From Candidatus Bathyarchaeia archaeon (GTDB taxonomy: Archaea; Thermoproteota; Bathyarchaeia; Bathyarchaeales; Bathycorpusculaceae): a stretch of DNA of 64,000 bases. A program made the position numbers and the translations under genes. The notes under the pieces are model-generated. The model ran no database searches, had not been told where the DNA came from, and saw only the letters and a program-made list of their open reading frames with translations. Shown here one piece after another: positions 31,189 to 40,767 of the stretch (positions within the stretch are counted from its first letter, which is position 1; the number at the start of each line of letters is the position of its first letter). The stretch is from NCBI GenBank assembly GCA_038727135.1, contig JAVYWL010000001.1, forward strand, positions 672,001 to 736,000. The letters run 5' to 3'.

Positions 31189-31979
31189 GCTTTTTTGACG
31201 GACTACGCTTCAGAAGGGTCAGCTCTCCCATTCACAATCTAGACCCAAGAATAAAGTTTGTTTATGCATGTGTGATTTTTATTGTCGCCATACTTTTCTG
31301 GGAGCTACTGCCACTAATTGTGCTTTTTCTAATGCAGATTCCCTTCGTTATAGTTGCTCGTGTCAAGCGGGAGTGGGCACGCTCCATGAGGGGCGCCGCC
31401 TTCTTGGCGTCCATAATATTTTTCGTCAACTTCATATTCTCCTTCATAAGCTCCGGCTATGTGGTTACACTGTCAGCTTTAGAACACGCTCTGTCCATGA
31501 CGCTGCGTTTCTTGGTTCTCGTAGAATCCTTCTCCATATTCTTCTTAACAACGTCGCCGGACCATCTTGGCTTAGCCCTGGAGCAATCTCATGTGCCATA
31601 CGAGTTCTGCTTCGCCTTCACAACAGCTGTGCGCTTCGTACCAGTCCTAGCCGAGGAAGCCCAAACCATCATGGACGCCCAAAAGGCAAGAGGCCTAGAG
31701 CTTGAAAAGGGCAACTTCCTAAAGCGTATTAGAAACTACATTCCGATTCTCATACCGCTTATTGTTAGTGCAATCCGCAGAAGCCTCGAACTGGCTGAAG
31801 CCATGGAGTCCCGCGCTTGGGGAGCGGTGAAAAAACGTACAAACCTATACGTTTTGAAACTGCGGAGAAGCGACTACATCTTCATATTTCTAACCATCGG
31901 CATTTTAGCCGCCGCAATCCTAGTCCGCCTATACCTCCGAATTCCACGTTTAGAAGAAATCTTAACAGGCTTGGCTTAA
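31185..31979 (+). CDS. ecfT: ECF transporter transmembrane component T
   Basis: LDPRIK, AQKARG, AMESRA motifs. Confidence 0.93.
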   Translation: MSFFDGLRFRRVSSPIHNLDPRIKFVYACVIFIVAILFWELLPLIVLFLMQIPFVIVARVKREWARSMRGAAFLASIIFFVNFIFSFISSGYVVTLSALEHALSMTLRFLVLVESFSIFFLTTSPDHLGLALEQSHVPYEFCFAFTTAVRFVPVLAEEAQTIMDAQKARGLELEKGNFLKRIRNYIPILIPLIVSAIRRSLELAEAMESRAWGAVKKRTNLYVLKLRRSDYIFIFLTIGILAAAILVRLYLRIPRLEEILTGLA

Positions 31980-32034
31980 CCGCAAGACTTTTAACATAGA
32001 CTCTCGTGTAAAGGGTTTCTCGGAGCTTGAAAAC

Positions 32035-32634
32035 TTGGAATGGTTGAAAGCCGCAGCCGAGGAAATCATTTCAGGGATTAAAAGCTCCATTGAAGAGCTT
32101 AACCCAAAAGAGGTTGAACGCTTCATAGAGCTACTTCTGGGCGCAAAAAACAAGAAAATATTCGTTGTAGGCATGGGAAGAAGCGGCTTCGTGGGAAGAG
32201 CCTTCGCCCTTCGCTTGATGAACTTGGGCTTCAACGTCTACTTCTTGGGCGAAACAATAACACCTGCAGCGGAGAAAGGAGACCTCCTAATAGCCATTTC
32301 AGGAACTGGCGCAACAAAAATGGTTTTAACAGCGAGCACGGCAGCAAAAGAAATCGGAGCAACAGTGGTAGCCATAACATCTTTTCCAGAGTCTCCTTTG
32401 GGGCGTATAGCCGACCTTGTTGTTACGATTAAGGGTAGGACTAAGGCTGGTTGGCCTAAAGAGGAGGATTATTTGGCTAGGCAGCTTATGGGTGAGAGGG
32501 AGCCCCTAACTCCTCTTGGAAGCATTTTCGAGAACAACTGTATGGTTTTCCTGGACGGTTTAATTGTGGAGCTTATGCATCGCATGGGGACAACTGAAGA
32601 AGATTTAAGGCGTAGGCACGCCACAATAGAATAG
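32035..32634 (+). CDS. hxlB: 6-phospho-3-hexuloisomerase (SIS domain)
   Basis: GMGRSG, FALRLM, GETITP, ISGTG, PLGSIFE, HATIE. Confidence 0.93.
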   Translation: MEWLKAAAEEIISGIKSSIEELNPKEVERFIELLLGAKNKKIFVVGMGRSGFVGRAFALRLMNLGFNVYFLGETITPAAEKGDLLIAISGTGATKMVLTASTAAKEIGATVVAITSFPESPLGRIADLVVTIKGRTKAGWPKEEDYLARQLMGEREPLTPLGSIFENNCMVFLDGLIVELMHRMGTTEEDLRRRHATIE

Positions 32635-32670
32635 GCTTTGCGCGGTTATGCATTATGGGGAGTGCCGGAA

Positions 32671-32748
32671 ATCCGAGCTAAATGGAAAAAGAAGCGAATG
32701 AGGCGGCAGAAGAAGAAGAGGCAGAAGCGGAGAGCCCGGTACAAGTAG
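32671..32748 (+). CDS. rpl41e: Ribosomal protein eL41 (eS32); start ATC at 32671 or GTG at 32662
   Basis: Not in ORF track. Translates (I/M)RAKWKKKRMRRQKKKRQKRRARYK*, matching eukaryotic MRAKWRKKRMRRLKRKRR as recalled. Confidence 0.9.
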   Translation: MRAKWKKKRMRRQKKKRQKRRARYK

Positions 32749-32878
32749 TGCGCTTTTAACGATTTTGTGTTTTTAAGCTTGTTAAGGATTAGACGTGCAT
32801 ATAGCTTATTAAGACTTGCGATATTATATTAGTTGGAAAACCAGCCACCACCCTAAACCATCAACAAAAGGGAAGCAG

Positions 32879-34429
32879 ATGCCCAAAACTCAAAAAACCG
32901 AAGAAAAAACACAGTTAGGCATAATAATCGAAGGGAAAGCCAAAAAACCAGCCGTCTTCAGAGAAGTCTACCCGATACAAGAGCCATACGTATACGCAGC
33001 CATAGTGAAAGACCCGGAAACCCAAAAAACCCAATACGAAGTTATAGAGCCAACACTGCAAAAAGAAGACGAAAACCTCCTAAAAGAAATTAAAAACCTC
33101 CTAATGGAAGAGATAGACGTAAACCTAAAAGAAATCGAAACCAAGGAAAAAGCAGAAAAATACCTAAGGGAAAAAATCACCCAAATAATCAAGAAATACC
33201 ACATCAAGGTTCCGCCGGAATCCATTGACAAGCTCCTCTACTACATTATAAGAGATTTTATTGGATATGGCAAGATAGACCCTCTGATGAAAGACCACTT
33301 TATTGAGGATATATCGGCTGACGGGGTGAACATACCCATCTACGTTTGGCACCGCATGTATGAGTCGCTGCCAACAAACATAATCTTCAAGGATGAAGCG
33401 GAGCTAAACTCCTTCATAATCCGATTGGCATACTTGGCTGGAAAGAATATTTCGATTGCTTCCCCAATTTTGGATGCCTCGCTTCCAGATGGGAGCCGCA
33501 TACAATTAACTTATGGGAATGAAATCACCCGTAGAGGTTCAACGTTCACCATCCGCCGCTTCCGTGTTGACCCCCTAACTATTTCCGACTTAATCGCCTT
33601 CAACACCCTTTCATCAGATATGGCGGCATACCTATGGTACATTATTGAGAACAGGGCTTCGGTGCTTGTCGCCGGGGGTATAGCGGCTGGAAAAACAACA
33701 ATGCTGAACTGCCTATCCATGTTCATAAAGCCTGAAATGAAGATAGTAAGCGTTGAAGACACCCAGGAGCTAAACCTACCCCACGAAAACTGGATTCCAT
33801 CTGTTGTTCGACTTGGTTTTGGGCATGAGGATAGGGGAAGCGGAAGTATAACATTGTTCGACCTTCTGAAGGCTGCTGTACGCCAAAGACCAGACTACAT
33901 AATTGTAGGCGAAATCCGCGGGGAAGAAGCATACACGCTTTTCCAAGCCATGGCAACTGGTCACTTGGGCATGTGCACAATCCACGCCGAATCCGTTGAA
34001 GCCGTAATAAACCGCCTTGAATCAGAACCGATGAATATTCCAAAGCCCCTCATAGCCATGATTGACGTGATAATGGTAATGGCAAGAACTGAAATCGAGG
34101 GCAAGCCGGCGAGAAGAACTCTCACAGCAACGGAGGTTGTCGGTTTAGACACTAAAACAAAGGAGTTGATGACAGAGGAAGTCTTCCGATGGAAGGCTAG
34201 CGAGGACAAATTCGAGTTTTTGGGGCATAGCTCCCTCCTTGAAGAACACATGAGGAAGGTGGACGTCAGCGAGGAAGATGTTAGGCGGGAGCTTCAACGA
34301 AGAAAAACAGTTTTGGAATGGATGGTTAAGAGGGGCATCCGCAGATACACGGAAGTTGCTAACGTAATCCGCGAATACTATGCTAACCCGTCGCGTGTTT
34401 ATCAGAGGGCAAGGATGGGACTGAAATGA
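32879..34429 (+). CDS. Type IV pilus assembly ATPase (PilB/ArlI family)
   Basis: IEDISADG, LPDGSR, TIRRF, GIAAGKTT, RQRPDYIIVGEIRG; ATG 32879 preferred over TTG 32816. Confidence 0.93.
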   Translation: MPKTQKTEEKTQLGIIIEGKAKKPAVFREVYPIQEPYVYAAIVKDPETQKTQYEVIEPTLQKEDENLLKEIKNLLMEEIDVNLKEIETKEKAEKYLREKITQIIKKYHIKVPPESIDKLLYYIIRDFIGYGKIDPLMKDHFIEDISADGVNIPIYVWHRMYESLPTNIIFKDEAELNSFIIRLAYLAGKNISIASPILDASLPDGSRIQLTYGNEITRRGSTFTIRRFRVDPLTISDLIAFNTLSSDMAAYLWYIIENRASVLVAGGIAAGKTTMLNCLSMFIKPEMKIVSVEDTQELNLPHENWIPSVVRLGFGHEDRGSGSITLFDLLKAAVRQRPDYIIVGEIRGEEAYTLFQAMATGHLGMCTIHAESVEAVINRLESEPMNIPKPLIAMIDVIMVMARTEIEGKPARRTLTATEVVGLDTKTKELMTEEVFRWKASEDKFEFLGHSSLLEEHMRKVDVSEEDVRRELQRRKTVLEWMVKRGIRRYTEVANVIREYYANPSRVYQRARMGLK

Positions 34430-35397
34430 AAAGCCCAAAAATTACTGAAGCCTTCAAAAAGTTTCTTTCAAAAATTCGCTCCACAAAAGCCTCAAGAGAG
34501 GAAGGAAGCAAGAAATTTAAGACTGGAAGTCTCCAATCCGTTGCTTATAGGTTGGTGGGCGGCAAAATCAGCCGCATATTGCCCCTTTTTGAAGATTTAA
34601 GTTTACACTTGCAGAGGGCTGGGCTTAAGACTGGTTTTAGGGTTTACATAAGCCTAACAGTCTTTTCCACGCTTATAATTGCGCTTGCCACCTTTGTGGT
34701 GGTTCCGTGCCTGTTAGTTTTCATGTTCAACGTACCCCTTTATCCAGCTTTCCTATTCGGTTTGGGCGGAAGCCTTTTCGCAGTTGCCTTTTCAATTATC
34801 GGGTTTTACATCTATCCAGTTTATCGGGCTGACAAATTTAAGAGAGAACTTGAAGACGAGTTGGCTTTTACGACTGGTTATATGTCAATTTTGGCTAGTG
34901 CCGGTGTTCCACCGGAGAAAATTTTCTATTCACTTTCAAATCTCCCCATTCCGTTGGCGGTTTCTGCGGAGGCAAAGAACGTTATCAGGGATGTGAACCT
35001 CTTCGGCTTAGACATAATCTCGGCTTTGGAGCAGGCTTCAAAGCGAACGCCTTCTGAAAAGTTTCGTGAAATGATTGAAGGTTTCATATCAACAATTCAT
35101 TCTGGGAGCAACCTTGCCGCCTATTTGAGGGAGAAGTCAAAGCAGCACATGAAGTTGAAGAGGATAAGCCTCCGCAAATTCTCAGACACTTTGTCCATGC
35201 TTTCAGAGTTTTATGTGGCTATACTTGTCACTGGGCCTCTACTTCTCATAATTATGCTGGCTGTGATGGCTATGATGGACGGGGGCCTTGGACTTTTGGG
35301 CCCAGACCTTTTGCTAAACATATTAACCTACATTGGAATTCCCGTAGGCTCAATAATGTTTCTCCTAATATTGGATGCTGTTTCGCCAAAGTGGTAG
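34426..35397 (+). CDS. Type II secretion F/TadC-like pilus platform protein
   Basis: TM helices, LASAGVP, G.DI..AL..RTPS; ATGA overlap with ATPase. Confidence 0.88.
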   Translation: MKSPKITEAFKKFLSKIRSTKASREEGSKKFKTGSLQSVAYRLVGGKISRILPLFEDLSLHLQRAGLKTGFRVYISLTVFSTLIIALATFVVVPCLLVFMFNVPLYPAFLFGLGGSLFAVAFSIIGFYIYPVYRADKFKRELEDELAFTTGYMSILASAGVPPEKIFYSLSNLPIPLAVSAEAKNVIRDVNLFGLDIISALEQASKRTPSEKFREMIEGFISTIHSGSNLAAYLREKSKQHMKLKRISLRKFSDTLSMLSEFYVAILVTGPLLLIIMLAVMAMMDGGLGLLGPDLLLNILTYIGIPVGSIMFLLILDAVSPKW

Positions 35398-36220
35398 AGC
35401 GCAAATGCCAAAAGTGGAGAAAACAGTCAAGAAAATCGTTTGGGTTTCGTCAGTCGTCATAGCTCTATCCATAATAGTTTACGGATTCTTCGCTGCTTGG
35501 GGTACAACGATATTTGACGAGCTTGTGTTTTTCGCCGTTATTGCGGCTTTCACTCCGCCAACAATCATAAATTACGTGGATTATAGGTGGAAGAGAGCCA
35601 TAGATGAGCACTTGCCAGACCTTTTTAGAAGCATTGTGCAAGCGCAAGAAACTGGCATGACGCTGCCTAAAGCCTTAGAGGAGGCTGCGAAGAGGGATTT
35701 CGGTCCGTTGACAGCTGAGCTGCGGAAGATGAATGCCCAGATTTCTTGGGGTATGACTTTGGAGGAAGCCCTAATCGCATTTGCTAGGCGGGTTAACACT
35801 TTTCTTGTTCAGAGAACTATACCGCTCATAATCGAGGCTAATCGTTCAGGCGGACATGTAGAAAAGGTTTTCGACCCGATGGGCAAGTTTGTCCAGTCAA
35901 CCCTTATACTTCATAAGGAGCGGCGAAACCGTACAAGACCATACATTGCCATAATCTATGTGGCTTTCTTCGTCTTTCTATTCACTATTATACTGCTTTT
36001 CAAATCCTTCTTCGTTGACATACAAGGCTTACCTATGCTCGGAGCAGCCGTCATGGCTCCTGCGGAAATAAAACGCTTGTTCTTGCATATGACCGCCATT
36101 CAAGGCTTTTTCGGCGGTTTGGTGGCTGGAAAAATGGGCGAAGGCACAATAAGCGCCGGGCTGAAGCACAGCCTAGTAATGATGCTGTGTGGCTACATAG
36201 CCCTAAAACTCTTCCTATGA
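35375..36220 (+). CDS. Second TadC-like pilus platform protein (start probably 35405)
   Basis: LPDLFR..GMTL..AL, ISWG, GLVAGKMGEG..AGLKH. Confidence 0.88.
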   Translation: MLFRQSGRAQMPKVEKTVKKIVWVSSVVIALSIIVYGFFAAWGTTIFDELVFFAVIAAFTPPTIINYVDYRWKRAIDEHLPDLFRSIVQAQETGMTLPKALEEAAKRDFGPLTAELRKMNAQISWGMTLEEALIAFARRVNTFLVQRTIPLIIEANRSGGHVEKVFDPMGKFVQSTLILHKERRNRTRPYIAIIYVAFFVFLFTIILLFKSFFVDIQGLPMLGAAVMAPAEIKRLFLHMTAIQGFFGGLVAGKMGEGTISAGLKHSLVMMLCGYIALKLFL

Positions 36221-36232
36221 GGTGACTGCGCA

Positions 36233-36658
36233 GTGAACACTCATAGGCTTTTGAGGTTTTTCATGGACAAGCGGGCTATAACCCCAGTGCTGAGCAACCT
36301 GTTGCTTATGGTTGTCGCTGTTGCCGCCATGTCAATAGCCGCCGCCACCACGTACATCATAACAACAAACCTCCGCGAAACCATGGGAGAACGCCTAATC
36401 ATAGAAGACGTCTGGTTTAACGACGCGGCTGGAGCACGCCAAATAAGCATTTACCTCCGCAATGTTGGAAAAGTGTCAATCCGCATATCTACAGTCTACA
36501 TAAACCATACGCGCTATCCATCGCCAACACTAGAGCTAGAATTGGGCGATCACGACTGGCTCAACATCACCTACAGTTGGGCGCCGGGGAGTCTATACCA
36601 TTTAGACGTTGTAACAATGAGGGGAACCCATGTTGGAGGCTATTATAAAGCGCCTTAA
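36233..36658 (+). CDS. Archaeal type IV pilin
   Basis: KRA/ITPVLSNLLLMVVAV class III signal; ERLIIEDVWF, RNVGK, VTMRG. Confidence 0.88.
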   Translation: MNTHRLLRFFMDKRAITPVLSNLLLMVVAVAAMSIAAATTYIITTNLRETMGERLIIEDVWFNDAAGARQISIYLRNVGKVSIRISTVYINHTRYPSPTLELELGDHDWLNITYSWAPGSLYHLDVVTMRGTHVGGYYKAP

Positions 36659-38462
36659 AAAGCTAAAAAGCGAAAAGCGCGGCATAAGCAACGTCCTAGT
36701 CGTAATGCTAAGCCTAATCCTAATAACAGTCATAGTCGCCAACGTGGTGCTATGGAACTATCAAATAAACCAGTTGGACATTGAAAGGATGCATGAATCA
36801 ATAAGCATAATAAACGCCAGCCGCCTAACACGCTCACAATGGTTTACAGCCCAAAACGAATTCTCAATAACAACGGGAACCAGAATAGGCGGCTCCTATA
36901 CAGACACAAAAGCCGTGGATGGTTTTTACGAGTCTTTTAGGGAGGAGCTTCCCTCAGTCCATTATAATCCGTCCGACTACGCGTTAGGCAACTCAACAAG
37001 GCTTATCTCTGGCGAGATAGCCGACCTTAAAACAGATAATGGCGTTTACATGCAATTCCAAAGCTATCCAGCAGCGTTTTCAAGCACCACTGAAACCTTT
37101 GGAAACAATGCTTTCGGGGCATCAACCCGCAATGCTGAAAATTATATTGTCGGTTCAGTTTTCACCCCTACAGAAGATGGTGAGGCGCAAAGTATTACGA
37201 TATATGTAGGTGTAACCTCAAGTTCAAAAAATATGAGATGCGCCATCTATCTACACAGCACCCTAAGCTTAATAGCCCAGACAGAAGAAAAAACAATCCC
37301 TGCTCCCACCACTGGATGGGTAACGTTTAATTTTGCAGCGCCAAAACCAGTACTCAGAGCCGATACCGAATACTTGCTTGTTGCTTGGGCCCAGTCCGGC
37401 AGCGGCTTCGCATATTTGTACTATAGATCTGGGCAGCAAAATCAAGGCCACTACTTAAGCAGAACTTACACTGGAAGTTTTCCGAACCCGTTGCCGAATC
37501 CTAATCATGAGAATAGGGAGTATTGTATTTATTGCACTTTTAAACCCGCCACTGAAGAAAAAGTTGAAGTTGAATTCAGTGGGGCGTCAGACCAGAATTT
37601 TTGGATGAACCTAACATGGGCCATCAACACCTATTGCACTGTGGACGATGTAGCGGCAACCTTCCAGCTTTTCAATTACCAGACCAGCGAATATCCAATA
37701 AGCGGGGAAGGATATGAAAACCACATAATTGGAACAGAAGAGGTCAACATAACCCAATTAATATCCATTAACCCCATGGCCTTTAAAGATGCTGAAGGCA
37801 GCTGGAAAATCAAAATAACCGGAACAAAAGAAGCAGAAGCGCCGTTCACTCTTAAAGTCGACTGGATAGAGCTTAAGGCAACCTTGTCAAACATTTACCG
37901 CCTCGAAGTAACTAACCATTTCACAATAGATTTGTCAGCTTACCCATTGAACTACGTTTATGGCGTCGAAATAATGGTGAGATACAACGTTTCAGAGACT
38001 GGTGAACGATGGTTTATGAAAGCGTATGATTGGGCTTTTGGAAGCTTCAGCGACTTGGGCTTTAACAACACCGAGGGGGACCAGCCCACGGCTAACGAGT
38101 GGAACGATTATGCTATAAGCATAAACGAGAATTGGACGCGTTATATAAAAGACGATGGCACCATCCAAATAATGTTCTGCGATGAGGGCGCAAGCGAAAA
38201 CCAAACGTTCGTCCACATCGATTTCATAGGCGTCCGCGTCATCCTCAATGGCTTAATTTTGGAGATAAAAAACAGCGGTGCCACAACAGCCCACATAGTC
38301 TCCATATGGGTTATCAACGTGACCCATCACATGCGTTATGATGCAGACTTCTTCATAAACTCCGGAGAAAGCGCAACCTACATAAGGGTGGACATACCCT
38401 CCCCGGCCGGCGACTTCACTGTTAAAATCGTCACCGAGCGAGGTAACATAGACACTTTTTAG
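36630..38462 (+). CDS. Large minor pilin/adhesin with inserted domains
   Basis: KRG/ISNVLVVMLSLIL class III signal; C-terminal pilin end KNSG..HIVSIWV..VTERGN. Confidence 0.82.
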   Translation: MLEAIIKRLKKLKSEKRGISNVLVVMLSLILITVIVANVVLWNYQINQLDIERMHESISIINASRLTRSQWFTAQNEFSITTGTRIGGSYTDTKAVDGFYESFREELPSVHYNPSDYALGNSTRLISGEIADLKTDNGVYMQFQSYPAAFSSTTETFGNNAFGASTRNAENYIVGSVFTPTEDGEAQSITIYVGVTSSSKNMRCAIYLHSTLSLIAQTEEKTIPAPTTGWVTFNFAAPKPVLRADTEYLLVAWAQSGSGFAYLYYRSGQQNQGHYLSRTYTGSFPNPLPNPNHENREYCIYCTFKPATEEKVEVEFSGASDQNFWMNLTWAINTYCTVDDVAATFQLFNYQTSEYPISGEGYENHIIGTEEVNITQLISINPMAFKDAEGSWKIKITGTKEAEAPFTLKVDWIELKATLSNIYRLEVTNHFTIDLSAYPLNYVYGVEIMVRYNVSETGERWFMKAYDWAFGSFSDLGFNNTEGDQPTANEWNDYAISINENWTRYIKDDGTIQIMFCDEGASENQTFVHIDFIGVRVILNGLILEIKNSGATTAHIVSIWVINVTHHMRYDADFFINSGESATYIRVDIPSPAGDFTVKIVTERGNIDTF

Positions 38463-38468
38463 GCTAGC

Positions 38469-39452
38469 CTATTTCTTGCCCAGCTTATCCTTAAGAGCCT
38501 TCATAACCTCTTTTGAATCCCTAGCTTCGATAACCTTAATGTTGTATAGTTCAGCCATTTTCTTCGCGTTGTCATTTAACTTTGGAATAGCTATTAGGAA
38601 GGCAGCGTCCGGCGCCACATCATATATTTTCGCGAAGAGGGCTATTACCGGCTGTTCTGAAACCATGTCTTCTGTTGCTGCTGCCACATCCATTACCGTC
38701 ACCTTTTTGGTTATTTCCTTTCTGTAGGCGGCTATGTCAAACATGTGGTTCGCGCCAGACTTCCCCTTCAGAAAGGCTGGAGCCTCAACTTCGAATCCAC
38801 TTTCGACGAGAAACTCCTTTATCGGCGCGACAAAAATCCATCCAGCTGTTATTTCGCTTCTAACCTCTTCATTCAACGTGTAGGCGTAGACATCTCGAAT
38901 TTCTACATCCTCAAAAGTGAAATCGGCTTGGCATTCCCGGCAAAAATGCCTTGTAATGGGTATATCAAAGCTTTTGCCGCAGTCCTTGCACGTGCACCAT
39001 ATTCCAGCCTTCCTATAATCTACTTCAGGCTTCTTCAGTTCTTCACGGCATTTTGGACAGACCAGTTTCCCGCCTTTTCTGAAGTTCTCCTCAACATCCA
39101 TATAACCACATTTAACATGCTCAACCAGGGAGCCCTTCTGTATGTTGAAGGATTTGCAGTATGGACAACAATAATGGGTTGAAACGTTCTGCGAACCACA
39201 GCTGGGGCAGTACAATATTTTGTCATAAAGCTTCCGCTCTATGACTTTCGCTTCATAAAGCCTATCCAAGAAATCCTCAACTTTTGAAGAGTCCCCCAAG
39301 ATTGCCTCAATTTCAACATATTTGTAGCCAAACTTCGGGTCGAAGGTGGGTTTAAGCTCGCTTATTTCACCACTTAAAAATTTACTTAAGAAGACTTGGA
39401 CGTTTGGGTCTTTATACAGCCTCATCCTTTCAAGTTTTTCAGTTTGCATCAA
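38469..39452 (-). CDS. TackOD1-like multi-zinc-ribbon protein with C-terminal restriction-endonuclease-like domain
   Basis: wHTH-like N-part, CPSC/CPYC/HVKC/CPKC/CKDC/CREC, then GKSGANHMFDI. Confidence 0.75.
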   Translation of the reverse strand: MMQTEKLERMRLYKDPNVQVFLSKFLSGEISELKPTFDPKFGYKYVEIEAILGDSSKVEDFLDRLYEAKVIERKLYDKILYCPSCGSQNVSTHYCCPYCKSFNIQKGSLVEHVKCGYMDVEENFRKGGKLVCPKCREELKKPEVDYRKAGIWCTCKDCGKSFDIPITRHFCRECQADFTFEDVEIRDVYAYTLNEEVRSEITAGWIFVAPIKEFLVESGFEVEAPAFLKGKSGANHMFDIAAYRKEITKKVTVMDVAAATEDMVSEQPVIALFAKIYDVAPDAAFLIAIPKLNDNAKKMAELYNIKVIEARDSKEVMKALKDKLGKK

Positions 39453-39604
39453 TTTCCCATGCCGACAATCATGAAGCTAGCATTTTAAGGCTCAAACCCT
39501 AATTATATAAGGTTTGTTGCTGTTAAAACTTTCCATAAGGCGCGTTTTCCTCGAAAGGTTTTAAAGGTTTGCAGTGCTTGTCGTTTTGTAAGGTGTGCTA
39601 AAAT

Positions 39605-39763
39605 TTGGGCTTAAAAGCTAAAAAGCTTGTAAACTGCCCCAAGTGCGGCTTCACATTTGACATATCCTATGGGCGAGCGTTTGCATGTTCAGGATGCCCA
39701 TCAACAGTTCAATGTAGTTATGCAAAATGCCCAAAATGCGGACATGAATTTCCGTTACAGTAG
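39605..39763 (+). CDS. 52-aa Cys-rich zinc-finger microprotein
   Basis: Not in ORF track. MGLKAKKLVNCPKCGFTFDISYGRAFACSGCPSTVQCSYAKCPKCGHEFPLQ*; AGGTG SD upstream; TTTTAAA TATA near 39559. Confidence 0.8.
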   Translation: MGLKAKKLVNCPKCGFTFDISYGRAFACSGCPSTVQCSYAKCPKCGHEFPLQ

Positions 39764-39871
39764 GCTGAGACTTCACGGGCGAAACAAGGTTTTAACAGTC
39801 ACGTTTTTTAACCGGAATTTCCATATTCCCTAAAGCAAAATTTACAATAAGCAAAGCATAGTGGTGGTTGA

Positions 39872-40756
39872 TTGTCTAAGCGTCTGATACTTCGGTGGGC
39901 ATCCCTTAAGGGTTTAGCGGCAATAATCCTATTCCTAATAATATCCGCCCTAATCGAATATGCTGTTGTTGTTTATGCCGTTTCCCTCGGAGTGAGAGAT
40001 GAAAACCCCCTGCAAGGAAGTTTTCAGTTTCCATGGACAAACTGGATAATAACGATTACTGTGAGTCCGCTTTTTCATCTTGTCCCGTTGTCAGTTATTA
40101 TCACACTTGTTTTCAGTTGGATTTGTATGACAAAATATGCGGCTATGCAGCCTCAAAAACCGCCCGAAGGAAAACCCAAACCTAAGCCACAAAAGAAGGG
40201 TCAAATCCAAAAAGCGGAGAGAAAATTCACGTCTAGAATAGCCAACGCCGTAAAGAATTTTTTCGGAAGAATAAAGGCTGGACTTTTAAGGATTAAGGGG
40301 GTGTCCTACATTTGGAGCAAGGTAAGCTTTGCAAGGGCAACAATAAAAAGCGCCATAATAACAATTCTGGTTTTTTCAGCTCTAATTCTGCTGTTTTCAG
40401 TTGTTGCCTATCCCGGGCTGATATACGGAACTTTTTCAAATATGTATCGTGGAAACCCCTCGCTTCTCGAGTTTGTAAAGTCTGTTAACAATGCTTTGAA
40501 GGGGTTTGTTGAAGCTCTCGGTCCCATCGGTTGGCTTTGCTCAGCAGTAAATAATGCCATAATTTCTGCAGCTCCAGCTTTGAGGGGTTTTGTTTCAGCC
40601 CTTGGAGGACTGGTTAAACCTCTTGTAGATTTGCCTCCAGTCGGTAAATACATTGTTTTTCAGAATGTTGCTGCTTGGGTTTCAGCCTTGACGGTGTTCT
40701 CCTACGGGTTTTTAACGCGAAAAGGTTATCGCTTTAGGAAGGCAAAGAGAAGTTAG
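39872..40756 (+). CDS. Hypothetical membrane protein
   Basis: About 4 hydrophobic segments and a Lys/Pro-rich loop; long ORF in an operon-like position. Confidence 0.7.
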   Translation: MSKRLILRWASLKGLAAIILFLIISALIEYAVVVYAVSLGVRDENPLQGSFQFPWTNWIITITVSPLFHLVPLSVIITLVFSWICMTKYAAMQPQKPPEGKPKPKPQKKGQIQKAERKFTSRIANAVKNFFGRIKAGLLRIKGVSYIWSKVSFARATIKSAIITILVFSALILLFSVVAYPGLIYGTFSNMYRGNPSLLEFVKSVNNALKGFVEALGPIGWLCSAVNNAIISAAPALRGFVSALGGLVKPLVDLPPVGKYIVFQNVAAWVSALTVFSYGFLTRKGYRFRKAKRS

Positions 40757-40767
40757 AGGCTTCAGAA

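Noticed and set aside
38469-39452. Restriction-endonuclease-like domain as a defence system
   Set aside because: No methyltransferase or defence neighbours; catalytic lysine motif not evident.
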